In this document: positions 1 to 11,939 of the stretch, piece after piece | How the letters are laid out: each line of letters starts with the position of its first letter | Numbering within the stretch: the first letter of the stretch is position 1 | Assembly (NCBI GenBank): GCA_030390025.1 | Contig: JASTWF010000036.1 | Coordinates: 2,730,001 to 2,794,000, forward strand | Source: Squalus acanthias | Taxonomy: Eukaryota | Reading direction: 5' to 3' | DNA: 64,000 nucleotides | The notes under the pieces: model-generated | Told to the model about the DNA's origin: nothing | Databases searched by the model: none | What the model saw: the letters and a program-made list of their open reading frames with translations, nothing else | Translations under genes and position numbers: made by a program

Positions 1-1559
1 TACACAAGAGAATTTCCGTGACCTGTAAATCATTTCATTAGAGAACGGAAAGAAAGTGAGGGTGCCTTCATTAATCCCAGACAGTTGGGCCTTCACATCT
101 GGCATTAATCTACGGTGCTGAAACACTTCAGACTATTATTTCTATCTGACCTCACAGGTTTCAGGTGTCCCCACTTTAAAATGTTTCAGATTACTTGAAG
201 TTTTGTGCTGTAATTTGTAGGATGCCCTTGACTTCACATTGTCCCAGATTTATATACCAGGTTTTGAAAATGGGCACTTTACTGCGTGGGACCCATTTGG
301 GGCCTGGCTTCCCCTTCATACAACCCAAATGTGCAGCTGGGGGTGTTTTCAAGTTTGAAGAGTTCCCTTAGTTACCCTTCCCACTGCAAGTGGATGTCCT
401 GCAAGACTCAGCTGATAATACATACAGAAAGAGGAAAACAACATCCAAATTCGTAACAATTCTGTACTTTGCCACCTGGAGATAGCAGTGATTTCCATTT
501 TCTCTCTGTAGAACATGTTGCCCAAGACCTTGGGTGAGCCAGACGAGTAATCACTGTGGCCTCTTCAAATTAGCTTTTAGCCAGGAACTTTGTTCATCTA
601 ATGTATGTATTTTTGATCTGTACTTCACTTTGTTGCTATTTCATCCTCATATTGCCCCTTTATTGTTGACATTAGCACCAGATTTCATTATCCCTCTGTT
701 TTCTTATCTATTGTACATTAAATTTGGTATGTGGGGCACATTTCATCAAAAACTTTCATGGGAACCTTGCCCCAATAGACAAACTATACTGCCTATAGCA
801 CCAGTTGGTGGTACTGTGATGGGAGTCACACCTTACCGGCCACAGATTCACTCAGCCTGATAGTGCACACATGGTAGGTAGGTAAATGTGTTAGGCAAAT
901 GTTATGTAGTAATGAGACTTCAATGTAAAACAAAACAAACTATTTATTTCAATTTTCTAGTAACTTTTTTTTCATGATTTATACAATCCCTTTCATCCCC
1001 ATCCCCTTCTTGGCATCCTGATCCCATATTTTGTCACCCACCTGCCTCCTTCCCTACATCTGGGCACTCAGAATATATAGAATTTAAATATTAAATTAGT
1101 TTCAAATAACCTTTGGTCCTTAATTCTCCCTCTTTCCATCTCCTCATCTAAAATTTGTTGCATGAAAAGTTACATTTTTCCATCCTTGGGCCATCCATGC
1201 CCGCAGGAGGCATCACTGTACTCTTATAATTTCTCAGTGGTTATCAAGCAAAGTATTGTTCCAATGCTCTGAAACAGACACAAGTATTTAATAAGGAATC
1301 CAAGCAACAGCCCCAGGGTCATTTTTAAATCTGTTAGCCACTCGCTTTGCCATCCCAAACCTCTCCCTTAACAGAATCCAGGAGCGAGGCAGCAAAGGGT
1401 AGCTCACCGCAACACCACAGGAAATCCGACTGGTAGTAAAGAAATAACAAGTAAGCTTATTTAAAAACTGATGCGTCACCAGCTCACTTTGCTTGTGACT
1501 GAATAATACTATGCCAATTCCAAACATTCTAGCAACTTTTAATGTGCTAGCAGCCTACA

Positions 1560-3120
1560 CACGATCTACAACAAAACTTAATTACTTTGACATCACTTAC
1601 AAAGAGCTTCTAGACAGGTTTAAAACCAATAAATCTCCAGGGACAGATGTTATATACCCATGAATGTTAAAACATATTAGGGAGAAAATCTACAAAGCGC
1701 TGATGGTCATTATAAGAGAATCAGTGAATACAGGGAGGTCCCACTGGACTGGAAACAAGACAGCACGGTACCTACTTTCAAAATTGGTGATAAAACAAAC
1801 CCAAGTAATTATTAGCTTTGAATCAAAAATTGGCACAATAATTAAATTTATCACAGGAACAAACTTGAAAATTACCAATATAAAAACAATCTGGTAACAT
1901 CCAACATGGTTTCAGAAGGGCAAGGATCTTGCCTGATCAAGCTCTTAATTATTTTTGTAAGTGACATTCCAAGTGGACTCTGGAAAGCCTTTGATAAAGT
2001 TCTGCATGAAAGGCTGCTACATAAGCTTAAGGCAATAAAATATCACAGGTAACATTTGGAGGTGGGTATTGAATTGGCTGAGGGAGAGAAGCAACAGGTA
2101 TTAAGAAAGGGAGTGATGATAGATTGGGGAGATGCAAGGAATGTACTGCTGCCAATGAAATACAGAACTTACATAGAATTACCTAGAATATACAGCACAG
2201 AAACAGACCATTCGGCCCAACCATCCATCCGGCGTTTATGCTTCACTCGAGCCTCCTCCCATAACCCTCTATTCCCTTCTCCAGCTTCCCCTTAAATACA
2301 TCTATGCTATTCACCTCAACCACTCCCTGTGGTAGCGAGTTCCACATTCTCATCACTCTCTGGGTAAAAAAGTTTCTCCTGAATTCCCTATTTGATTTCT
2401 TGGTGACTATCTTATAGTGATGGATTATAAACTTAAGTAATATTTGTAACTGGACAGAACTACAGCAGGTGAAATTCAATACAAATAACTGCAAGGTGCT
2501 ACAAATTCAAACTATATTCTATCGTAGGTGTTGAACTAGCTGGGGAGAGGGTGAAAAGATCTGGGATTGACAGACACAGCACTGACCATGGCCTGTCATT
2601 GTGGAACAGCAATTAACAAAGAAAACAGAATACCAAGCTATATTGCCAAATCAATAATTTAAGTCGAAGGCTGCCACGCTGAAGCTGTACAGTGCTCTGG
2701 TCAGGCCGCATCTTTAATACTGTGTTCAATTCTGGTCAGGGAGGCACAAGGAAAACACTGGAAGCTGTGCAAAGAAAGATCTGGAGGCTGGACTCTGGTG
2801 TCAAAGGGCGGAGATATGATTCAAGGTTAGACACATCTGGTTCCTTCAACCTTGAAAGGAAGCAAAGGGGACCTTATGAAAGGTATATAACATATCAAGT
2901 GGAACGGAAAAGATGAATCCTGAACACTATTTCTAGCTAAACTATGACTGCACAAGTGATCAATACTTGGAATGTTCTTCTGGGTGGGGTAGTGGAGGTC
3001 AAAACTTAAATACTTCAAGAGGCAGTTATATGCTGTGATAAGAGGAACAGAAGTTTCTATAGAAGGATATCCCAGCTGGCCCTAAAACTTCCTTAATCGG
3101 TACTTACCATTATGATGTTA
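1560..3120 (+). mobile_element. Old, degraded CR1 LINE fragments (RT to 3' end), with a younger antisense CR1 3' end inserted at ~2160-2420
   Basis: Remnants of KSPG.D..YP..LK, QHGF and KAFDKV; minus-strand RRNFFTQRVMRMWNSLPQGVVE CR1 C-terminus in ORF 2243-2494. Confidence 0.7.
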
Positions 3121-3289
3121 GTGATCGAGGACCATGGGAGCTTATGCAGCAACTTTTTTTTGACGAGTATATGGAACAGACACTCGACAAAAGCCATGTT
3201 GACTAACTCCTGCAAAATATCTGGTCACGAATGGGGTTGAGGGGGAACAGGGATTAAACATTGACAGAGATGGATAAATATCGCCCCAG

Positions 3290-3450
3290 AGGGCACGACT
3301 GAGCGACACAAAAATCATTCGCGCGGGACAGGGCTCACGAGAGTGGGAGTCCGTGCTCGCGGGCGCAGCAGAAAACGCGCGCCCGGACTCGGGCAAGCAA
3401 GGAATAAGAGGCCTCGAAACCCAATCACATGAAAAGGGGCGAGTTCGCTC
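3290..3450. promoter_or_regulatory. Small CpG-rich patch with CCAAT and GC-box-like motifs (possible promoter)
   Basis: Dense CpG/CGCG in a CpG-depleted background; CCAATCA at ~3422 and GGGGCGAGT at ~3436; not recognisably a repeat. Confidence 0.3.
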
Positions 3451-3694
3451 ACAAACTCAACTGATATGGTGCCCAGAATCTTTTTTTTAAAAAATCAAGG
3501 AAAAGAAAAATGATTCCAAAGGAGGTTGACTTTGTTAAAACGCCTTTTCGCATAGAACCAGTTTTCAGTACTGAATAACTTAATTCTCACTGCAGTTATG
3601 TTTTTTACTGCATTTAATCCTGGAATTTTATATCTTCTTTTGAGGTTCCTTGTGAATTCGCTCCCTCGTGAAAACAGGTAAAATTCAGTTTGAA

Positions 3695-3835
3695 ATAAAA
3701 ACAGAAAATACTCAGCAGGTCAGGCAGCATCTGTGGAGAGAGAAACAGAGTCAGGCCTATGACCCTTCGTCAGAAATTCGGTTTGAACTAAATTGGAGAA
3801 TATTCTGACGAAAGGTCATCCACCTGAAACAGTTT
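3695..3835. mobile_element. Penelope-like (PLE) terminal fragments with hammerhead cores in inverted orientation
   Basis: Minus-strand CTGACGA core in 3695-3773, flanked by a 14-bp duplication AAATTC(A/G)GTTTGAA (3681-3694, 3774-3787); plus-strand CTGACGA-a-AGGT..ACCT-GAAAC at 3805-3830. Confidence 0.55.
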
Positions 3836-4047
3836 TCCCTAATACTGTGATTCTGCCAACAATTTGACAATATCTAATTCGTATTTAGTTTGTTTTATAA
3901 TTTCGTGGTGTTGAGTGGGATCACCGTGCCCACTCTCCGGCCTGCTTTTTGCAATGCAGACACAGTTACCCCATTGGCTAGCTGCGCAGTACTGAGTCAT
4001 GCAGACCATGAAAGTCTCAGGTTCAATCCATGGTCTTGGTTGAGTTC

Positions 4048-4521
4048 AAAGAAAGAAAGGCTTGCATTTCTATCACGCCTTTCATGACTACTGGACGCCC
4101 CAAAGCACTTTACAGCCAATGAAGTACTTTTGAAGTGTAGTCACTGTTGTAATGTAGGAAACACGGCAGGCAGCCACTTTGCACTCAGCAAGCTCCCGCA
4201 AACAGCAATGTGATAATGACCAGATCATCTGTTTTTAGTGATGTTGGTCGAGGGATAAATGTTGGTCGGGACACCGAGGAGAACTCGCCTGCTCTTCTGC
4301 GAAATAGTGCCATAGGATCTTTTACGTCCACCTGAGAGAGCAGATAGGGCCTCGCTTTAATGTCTCATCCGAAAGACGGCACCTCTGACACTGCAGCACT
4401 CCCTCAGTACTGCACTGGGAGTGTCAGCCTACATTTTGTGCTCAAGTCTCTGGAGTGGGACTTGAACCCATGAACTTCTGACCAGAGGCGAGAGTTCAAC
4501 CCACTGAGCCACGACTGACAC
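4048..4521 (-). mobile_element. tRNA-derived Deu-domain SINE (SacSINE1-like), inserted in an older SINE (~3965-4710)
   Basis: A box TGGCTCAGTGG and B box GGTTCAAGTCC on minus strand, Deu-like GTAAAAGATCC..TGGCACTATTT core, (CTTT)n tail; several more copies in the window. Confidence 0.75.
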
Positions 4522-5228
4522 CTTGCAAGGGCAATGACAGAAGCATTACAGTTGGCCTCAGTACCCCTGGGCTTGGTGGGGAGAGAAAAGCTTGCACATT
4601 TTTATTGCTATACAGTGACCCCTATGGGAAATTGCACATAATCTGGCATGTTCTCCTGCTTGAATAGCCTGTTAACACTGTCTTGGTTCACGTGTGATGA
4701 ATGGTCAGTACTAGTGGGCAGGGGGAGGTTAACGAGAGACATTAAAATAAAATGGTGACAAAGTACATCAATTCTGAATCAATGGCAATTTGTTTAAATT
4801 AAATATGTTTCCTGTGGGATACCTGCATCTCAGTTACAATGTGCAAGTACTAGGCATTTAAAGAGAAAACTTTACTCTTGGAAAAGTATGGAAAGCTTTG
4901 AAGCAATATTGGTGTGAAAACAATACAATATATCTTTTGAGACTGGGCTAGTTCACTCGGTTAAATACTGTCCCTTCAACTCTGGGTTTGAACACAACCC
5001 AGACTGATGAGATGAAAGTCTCTTCTATCTGTTGGCATGAATTGGGCAATCTCAAGCCACTTTGAAGTAGGCATTCGAAGACGGTGTTGTGCCCACAGCA
5101 CAAAATTGCCTATAAGTCTGCAATCGTCCTCCGAAAGGATACATATGGCCAATAATGGGAAGTGGAAATAATGTGGTGTAGTAGGTGTTGCTCTTCTGAG
5201 TTTGAGGCTGGTGTTCACTTTTGGGATA

Positions 5229-6036
5229 GTGTAGAGGGAGCTTTACTCTGTATCTAACCCATGCTGTACCTGCCCTGGGAGAGTTTGATGGGACAGTGTA
5301 GAGGGAGCTTTACTCTGTATCTAACCCCGTGCTGTACCTGTCCTGGGAGTGTTTGACGGGACAGTGTAGAGGGAGATTTACTCTGTATCTAACCCGTGCT
5401 GTACCTGCCCTGGGAGTGTTTGACGGGACAGTGTAGAGGGAGCTTTACTCTGTATCTAACCCATGCTGTACCTGCCCTGGGAGAATTTGATGGGGCAATG
5501 TAGAGGGAGCTTTACTCTGTATCTAACCCATGCTGTACCTGCCCTGGGAGAATTTGATGGGGCAGTGTAGAGGGAGCTTTACACTGTATCTAACCCGTGT
5601 TGTACCTGCCCTGGGAGAGTTTGATGGGACAGTGTAGAGGGAGCTTTACTCTGTATCTAACCCTGTGCTGTACCTGTCCTGGGAGTGTTTGATGGAGACA
5701 GTGTAGAGGGAGCTTTACTCTGTATCTAACCCCGTGCTGTACCTGCCCTGGGAGTGTTTGACGGGACAGTGTAGAGGGAGATTTACTCTGTATCTAACCC
5801 ATGCTGTACCTGCCCTGGGAGTGTTTGATGGGGCAGTGTAGCGGGAGCTTTACTCTCTATCTAACCCCGTGCTGTACCTGCCCTGGGAGAGTTTGATGGG
5901 GACAGTGTAGAGGGAGCTTTACTCTGTATCTAACCCATGCTGTACCTGCCCTGGGAGTGTTTGATGGGACGGTGTAGAGGGAGCTTTACTCTCTATCTAG
6001 CCATACTGTACCAGCCCTGGCAGTGTTTGATGGGGC
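5229..6036 (+). repeat. Minisatellite, ~67-bp unit, ~12 copies
   Basis: Unit GTGTAGAGGGAGCTTTACTCTGTATCTAACCCGTGCTGTACCTGCCCTGGGAGTGTTTGATGGGACA repeated head-to-tail with few variants. Confidence 0.95.
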
Positions 6037-6649
6037 ACCTTCAGAGGAATTGTTGCTGCTGGTCTACATTAGCTCCTGGTCCCCTAATGACTCAAATTTA
6101 AAATTATTTTCTTAATGTCAGTCCATGGCCTAACCCCTCCTTACCTTTAATCTCCTCCAGCCTGACAACCATGCCCCAAATTCTCTGCTCTAGCATTGGC
6201 CTCTCGAGCATCCCTCCCTGCTTCTGCTCCAGCAATTGGTATTAGTGCTTTCAGTTGCCAATGTTTTATTCTCTGGAATTTCCTCCCTAAATCTCTCCAC
6301 CTCTCTCAAGGCACCTTAAGGCTCATCTTTTCAGCCAAGACTTTGGATTCCCCCTGTTAACCTCTTCTTCTTTGACTCAGTTTCTATAAATAAAAATGCA
6401 AAGTTTAAGAGATACTAGCTCGGAGCACAAACTTCTGCGTGTATACGTATTTAGAATACCATTAGCTTAAAAACTGCTGCCTGCTTTTGAAAGTCAATAA
6501 GACCGTATGAAGCAAAAAAAACCTTTGGTTTGACCTAAGTCAAGGGTCAGCTGGGCGTATGGCCGCATGGTTTCTTAAGTGAGCAAATTACTCTTCGCCA
6601 CCAGTTTCCTCTTAAGGTCAACCTTCAGGTAGTCCGACTCCACTTCAAC

Positions 6650-9600
6650 GGGAACGGTAGCGTAGTGGTAATGTCACTGGGCTAGTAATCCAAAGGCCAG
6701 GACTAATGATCCAGAGATGTGAGTTGGCAGCTGGGGAATTTAAATTCAGTTAATTAAATAAATCTGGAATAAAAAGCTCGTATCAGTAATGGTAACCATG
6801 AAACTATCGGATTGTCGTAAAAACGCATCTGGTTCACTAATGTCCTTTAGGGAAGGAAATCTGGCGTCCTTACCTGGTCTGGCCTGGTGACTCCAGACCC
6901 ACAGCAATGTGGTTGACTCTTAGATGGCCTAGCAAGTCACTCAGTTGTAACTAACCGCTACGAAACATAAGAATGAAACCGGACGGACCACTCGGCTAGG
7001 GACACGGCAACAGCACACCCAGCCCAGTCGATCCTGCAAAGTCCTCCTCACCAACATCTGGACTTGTGCCAAAATTGGGAAAGCTGTCCCACAGACTAGT
7101 CAAGCAACTGCCTGATATAGTCATACTCACAGAAACACAATGTCCCTGGGTATGTCCTGTCCCACCACGGGTGTCGGCATAGTGGTATACAGTCAGGAAG
7201 GAGTGGCCCTGGGAGTCTTCAACATTGACTCCGGACCCCATGAAGTCTCATGGCTTCAAGTCAAGTATACCACCTACCGACCTCCCTCAGCTGATGAATC
7301 AGTACTCCTCCATGTTGAACACCACTTGGAAGAAGCACTGAGAGTAGCAAGGGCACAGAATGTACTCTGGGTGGGGGACTTCAATGTCCATCGCTGACCG
7401 AGTCCTGAAGGACATAACTAGGCCTGCGACAGGTGGTGAGAGAACCAACACGAGGGAAAAACCTACTTGACCTCGTCCTCACCAATCTACCTGTTGCAGA
7501 TGCATCTATCCATGACAGCATTGGTAGCACAGTCATTGTGGAGACGAAGTCCCGTCCTCACACTGAGGACACCCTCCATCGTGTTGTGTGGCACTACCAC
7601 CGTGCTAAATGGGATAGATTCAGAACAGATTTAGCAGCTCAAAACTGGGCATCCATGAGGCGCTTGTGGGCCATCAGCATGAGCAGAATTGTATTCCACC
7701 ACAATCTGTAGCCTCATGGCCTGGCATATCCCTCACTCTATCATTATCATCAAGCCAGGGGACCAACCCTGGTTCAATAAGGAGTGTAGAAGAGCATGCC
7801 AGGAGCAGCACCAGGCGTACCTAAAAATGAGGTGCCAACCTGGGGAAGCTGCAACACAGGACTCCATGCATGCTAAAAAGCGGAAGCTGCATCCTATAGG
7901 CAGGGCTAAGCAATCCCACAATCAATGGATCAGATCAAAGCTCTGCAGTCGTGAATGATGGTGGACCATTAAACAACTAACGGGAGGAGGAGGCTCCATG
8001 AATATCCCCATCCTCAATGATGGTGGAACCCAGCACATGAATACATAAGACAAGGCTGAAGCGTTTGCAACCATCTTCAGCCAGAAGTGCCGAGTGCATG
8101 ATCCATATCGGCCTACTCCTGAGGTCCCCACCATCACAGAAGCCAGTCTTCAGCCAATTCGATTCACTCCACGTGATATCAAGAAACGGCTGAGCACACT
8201 GGATACAGCAAAGGCTATGGGCCCCGATAACATCCCAGCTATCGTGCTGAAGACTTGTGCTCCAGAACTAGCCGCGTCTCTAGCCAAGCTGTTCCAGCTA
8301 CAACACTGGCATCTATCCGATACTGTGGAAAACTGCCCAGGTATGTCCTATCTACAAAAAGCAGAACAAATCTAACCCAGCCAATTACCGCCCCATCAGT
8401 CTACTCTCAATCATCAGCAAAGTGATGGAAGGTGTTATCAACAGTGCTATCAAGCGGCACTTACTCACCAATAACCTGCTCACTGATGCCCAGTTTGGGT
8501 TCCGCCAAGACCACTCAGCTCCCGACCTCATTACAGCCTTGGTCCAAACATGGACAAAGGAGCTGAATTCCAGAGGTGAGGTGAAAGTAACTGTCCTTGA
8601 CATCAGGGCAGCATTTGACCGAGTGTGGCATCAAGGAGCCCAAGTAAAACTGAAGTCAATGGGAATCAGGGGGAAAACGCTCCAGTGGCTGGAGTCATAC
8701 CTAGCACAAAGGAAGATGGTTGAAGGTCAATCATCACAGCCCCAGGATATCGCTGCAGGAGTTCCTCAGGGCAGTGTCCTAGACCCAACCATCTTCAGCT
8801 GCTTCATCAATGATCTTCCCTCCAACATAAGGTCAGAAATGGGGATGTTCGCTGATGGCTGCACAGTGTTCAGCGCCATTCACAACTCCTCAGATAATGA
8901 AGCAGTCCATGCCCGCATGCAACAAGATCTGGACGACGTTCAGGCTTGGGCTGATAAGTGGCAGGTAACATTCGCGCCACAGAAGTGCCAGGCAATGACT
9001 ATCTCCAACAAGCGAGAGTCTAACCACCGCCCCTTGACATTCAACGGCATTACCATCATCGAATCCCCCACCATCAACATCTTGGGGGTCACCATTGACC
9101 AGAAACTTAACTGGACCAGCCACATAAATACTGTGGCAACAAGAGCAGGTCAGAGGCTGGGTATTCTGCGCCGAGTGTCTCACCTCCTGACTCCCCAAAG
9201 CCTTCCACCATCTACAAGGCACAAGTCAGGAGTGTGATGGAATACTCTCCACTTGCCTGGATGAGTGCAGCTCCAACAACACTCAAGAAGCTCGACACCA
9301 TCCAGGACAAAGCAGTCCGCTTGATTGGCACCCCATCCACCACCTTAAACATTCACTCCCTCCACCACCGGCGTACCGTGGCTGCAGTGTGTCACATCTA
9401 CAAGATGCACTGCAGCAACTCGCCAAGGCTTCTTCAGCAGCAGCTCCCAAACCCGCGACTTCTTCCACCGAGAAGGACAAGGGCAGCAGGCGCATGGGAA
9501 CACCACCACCTCCAAGTTCCCCTCCAAGTCACACACCATCCTGACTTAGAAGTATATCGCCGATCCTTCATCGTCGCTGGGTCAAAATCCTGGAACTCCC

Positions 9601-9737
9601 TCCCTAACAGCACTGTGGGAGCACCTTCACCACACGGACTGCAGCGGTTCAAGAAGGCGGCTCACCACCACCTTCTGATGGGCAATAAATGCTGGCCTTG
9701 CCAGCGACGCCACATCCCATAAATGAATTTTTAAAAA
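6650..9737 (+). mobile_element. Near full-length CR1-group non-LTR retrotransposon (APE + RT, frameshifted) with tRNA-derived SINE-like 5' head and no ORF1
   Basis: APE motifs (VLLTNIW, PDIVILTET, GDFN, PTRGKNLLDLVLTN), RT motifs (QFGFR, AAFDRVWH, GVPQGSVL, MFAD, WADKWQVTF); A box TAGCGTAGTGG at 6658-6668; 5' ~290 bp and 3' tail both homologous to the SINE at 58983-59327. Confidence 0.85.
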
Positions 9738-10072
9738 CTCGTGTGATTGACTTCTCCCAGCAAAACACGAAATTCCTGGAAAGCCTGCTTGGGCAGGGAA
9801 CTGAGTTAATTTAGAGTGATGTGATGTGAATAAAGTTCATTCACTAATAGAATTATTGCCCTTTACATAGTACTTAGGATTGTTAATGAATCTTGCTTTA
9901 AACACAATGATATCATCAGGTTAGTTGCTTCTCTTGCATTAACCATTCAACAGTTGGAGGACTTTCCGATGACTTTTTTGAGAAATTTAAAGCAGTCAGT
10001 CATGGCCACACTGGGGGCATTTTCAGCAATAGTTCAGTCCAGGGATGATGTGCCCTTAAAAACTCAGTTGGA

Positions 10073-11575
10073 GGGGGCAATTTTCTGAGCCCCGAGGAGG
10101 CGGGTTTGGAGGCGGGAAAATCGGAAAAAGTGAGTGCGGGTTCGGAAACCACCTCCAACCCGCCTCCGCGCGATTTTGCCGGTGCCGGGTTTGCAGGGTG
10201 GGAAACGGTCCCGCCTCCAGCTGGCCAGAGAGGTAGTTAAGAGCCTTAAATGGTCATTAAGGGCCTCTCTAATCCTAAGGCCCTCGTTATTTTTCCACAT
10301 TTTCAGCGTGTTCCACGACCCTCCTAAACCACGCCAGCAAAACCTGGCGGGTTGACTAGTGGGTGGCCTCCTCACAGCTGCAGCTCCACCATTAAATCGG
10401 AGATTTCATCAGGGATTAGTTGCAGGTGGAAGAACTTTGCTTTAAAAGGTCTTTCAGCACTTTTAGAAGGCCTTCCGAAGTCAGAGGTGCTGCAGCTTGT
10501 ATCTATCAACTCTGGGATCTCCTTGGAAGACCCTCTCCCCACTTGCAATGAGCGCTTCCCCAATGGAGGCATCTGCAAGCAGCATGGACCTCAGATTTGG
10601 ATGAGGAGCATCCACGGCAGCAGCAGAACCAGGCAGCTCAGCAGCAACAGCAGCAGGAGCCCCAACCTCATGCTCAGTTCCAGCCCTCCTCGGATGAGGA
10701 TGAGGAGGAGGCTAAGGAGGAGTAGGAGGATCTGGAGGAGGAGGAGAAGGAGGAGGATGAGGAGGCACAGGAGGAGGACAGAGCGCCGGTCTATCGACCA
10801 GCAGCAGCGGCAGCACGCGAGCACATGGCTGCCAGGGATGCAAGGGGTGAACTTATCCTAGCCAGATTTGCATAGGTTGCCCAAGTTGGCACATGTCCTT
10901 GGCTCCATCTTAAGACATCATAGACAATGGACATGACTCTCTGGCCTCCTTTCACTCTAGCCACCAACCTGACAACGCAAGTGTCGCAGAGCCTGCAATG
11001 TGGAGCTGCCTAAGGTGAAAGAACAGATGCCATCACGCCAACATTTTGCCATCAAATCATTTTAATGCTTTCCAACAGGGATGGCATTTCATCAATACAC
11101 ATAAACATTCACCCAATCTGCACACAGATCTGGAGGTTATATCCCTTGCCAGCTGGACCCACACAGCCTTGGTTTCTTTGGGAGGCCTCTTCCTCCGAGA
11201 TGAGTGGAAGAGCACCTCCATGCTAGCTTTCACCCCCTCAACCAACATTTGGAGCGCTTCATCCGAGAACCTCGGGGAGGCCCTTGCCTTGGAATTGGAC
11301 ATAGTGGTATCTCAGAATATGTTGCAGGTGGTGCAGCATCGGCAGAAATCCAGTGGAATGATCCAAGGCAGCAAGCAGCCCTTAAATCAGGCTTGAAATG
11401 TGATGTCAACAGAGGCGAGTTTCAGTCCCAAAACACTCATTGACCAAGGGCAACCCACACCTCTGAAATCAACTGGCCAATTAGGGGAAAATCGCAATTT
11501 TTTCAAACCTATCAGTGGAGGCGGGTTTTGAACCCACCCAAACCGAAACCCGCCTCCAGTGGGAAAATCGCCCCC
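10073..11575. mobile_element. Non-autonomous PIF/Harbinger element with transposase and Myb/SANT remnants
   Basis: TIRs GGGGGCAATTTTC / GAAAATCGCCCCC; plus-strand transposase N- and C-terminal remnants (WTSDLDEE...AARDARGELILARFA*, ~10562-10875); minus-strand Myb/SANT start (PRFSDEALQMLVEGV...KETKAVWVQLA, ORF 11057-11302). Homologous to 41250-44476. TSD not evident. Confidence 0.75.
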
Positions 11576-11939
11576 AAAGTCTTTCATGTTAGGTGCTTCA
11601 GCAAGTCCATGCTGTAGGTGGATATTGCATCTGCTGATGCATAAATGTTTGCAGTGTTATTTTACGAGTTTGTGTTCAGTTTTCCATTTTAAGCAACCTG
11701 TGTTGACATCAAACACTCCCAAGTCAGGTAGAATGACTAGATGCAGAGTAAAGCTTCCTTTACTTCACCCAAACAATGTTCCTCAGCTTCAACCAGAAAA
11801 GAGCACCCTTTGCCACACCAGCATTCCTGTGGCTTCTTTTGCCAATTTAATGCTGAGTCAGGACAGGAGCAGTTTGAGTTGTGAGCCCTAAGCACTAGGT
11901 TCAGACTACCCAGACACTGCCTCATCAAATGTTTTTCAT

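Noticed and set aside
376..1456. Candidate small exons (minus ~376-411; plus ~512-533 and 1375-1450) with plausible AG/GT sites
   Set aside because: No recognisable protein similarity and they lie on conflicting strands; unsupported without transcript data.
4440..4521. tRNA genes at SINE heads (also ~6655, ~15400, ~17540, ~37260-37320, ~59000)
   Set aside because: A/B boxes run on into SINE bodies; no complete cloverleaf or terminator seen.
5229..6036. CRISPR-like array
   Set aside because: Tandem units without unique spacers, no cas genes, vertebrate context.
10352..10861. 169-aa Arg-rich ORF
   Set aside because: Alternative frame over the GAG-rich acidic tail of the Harbinger transposase remnant.
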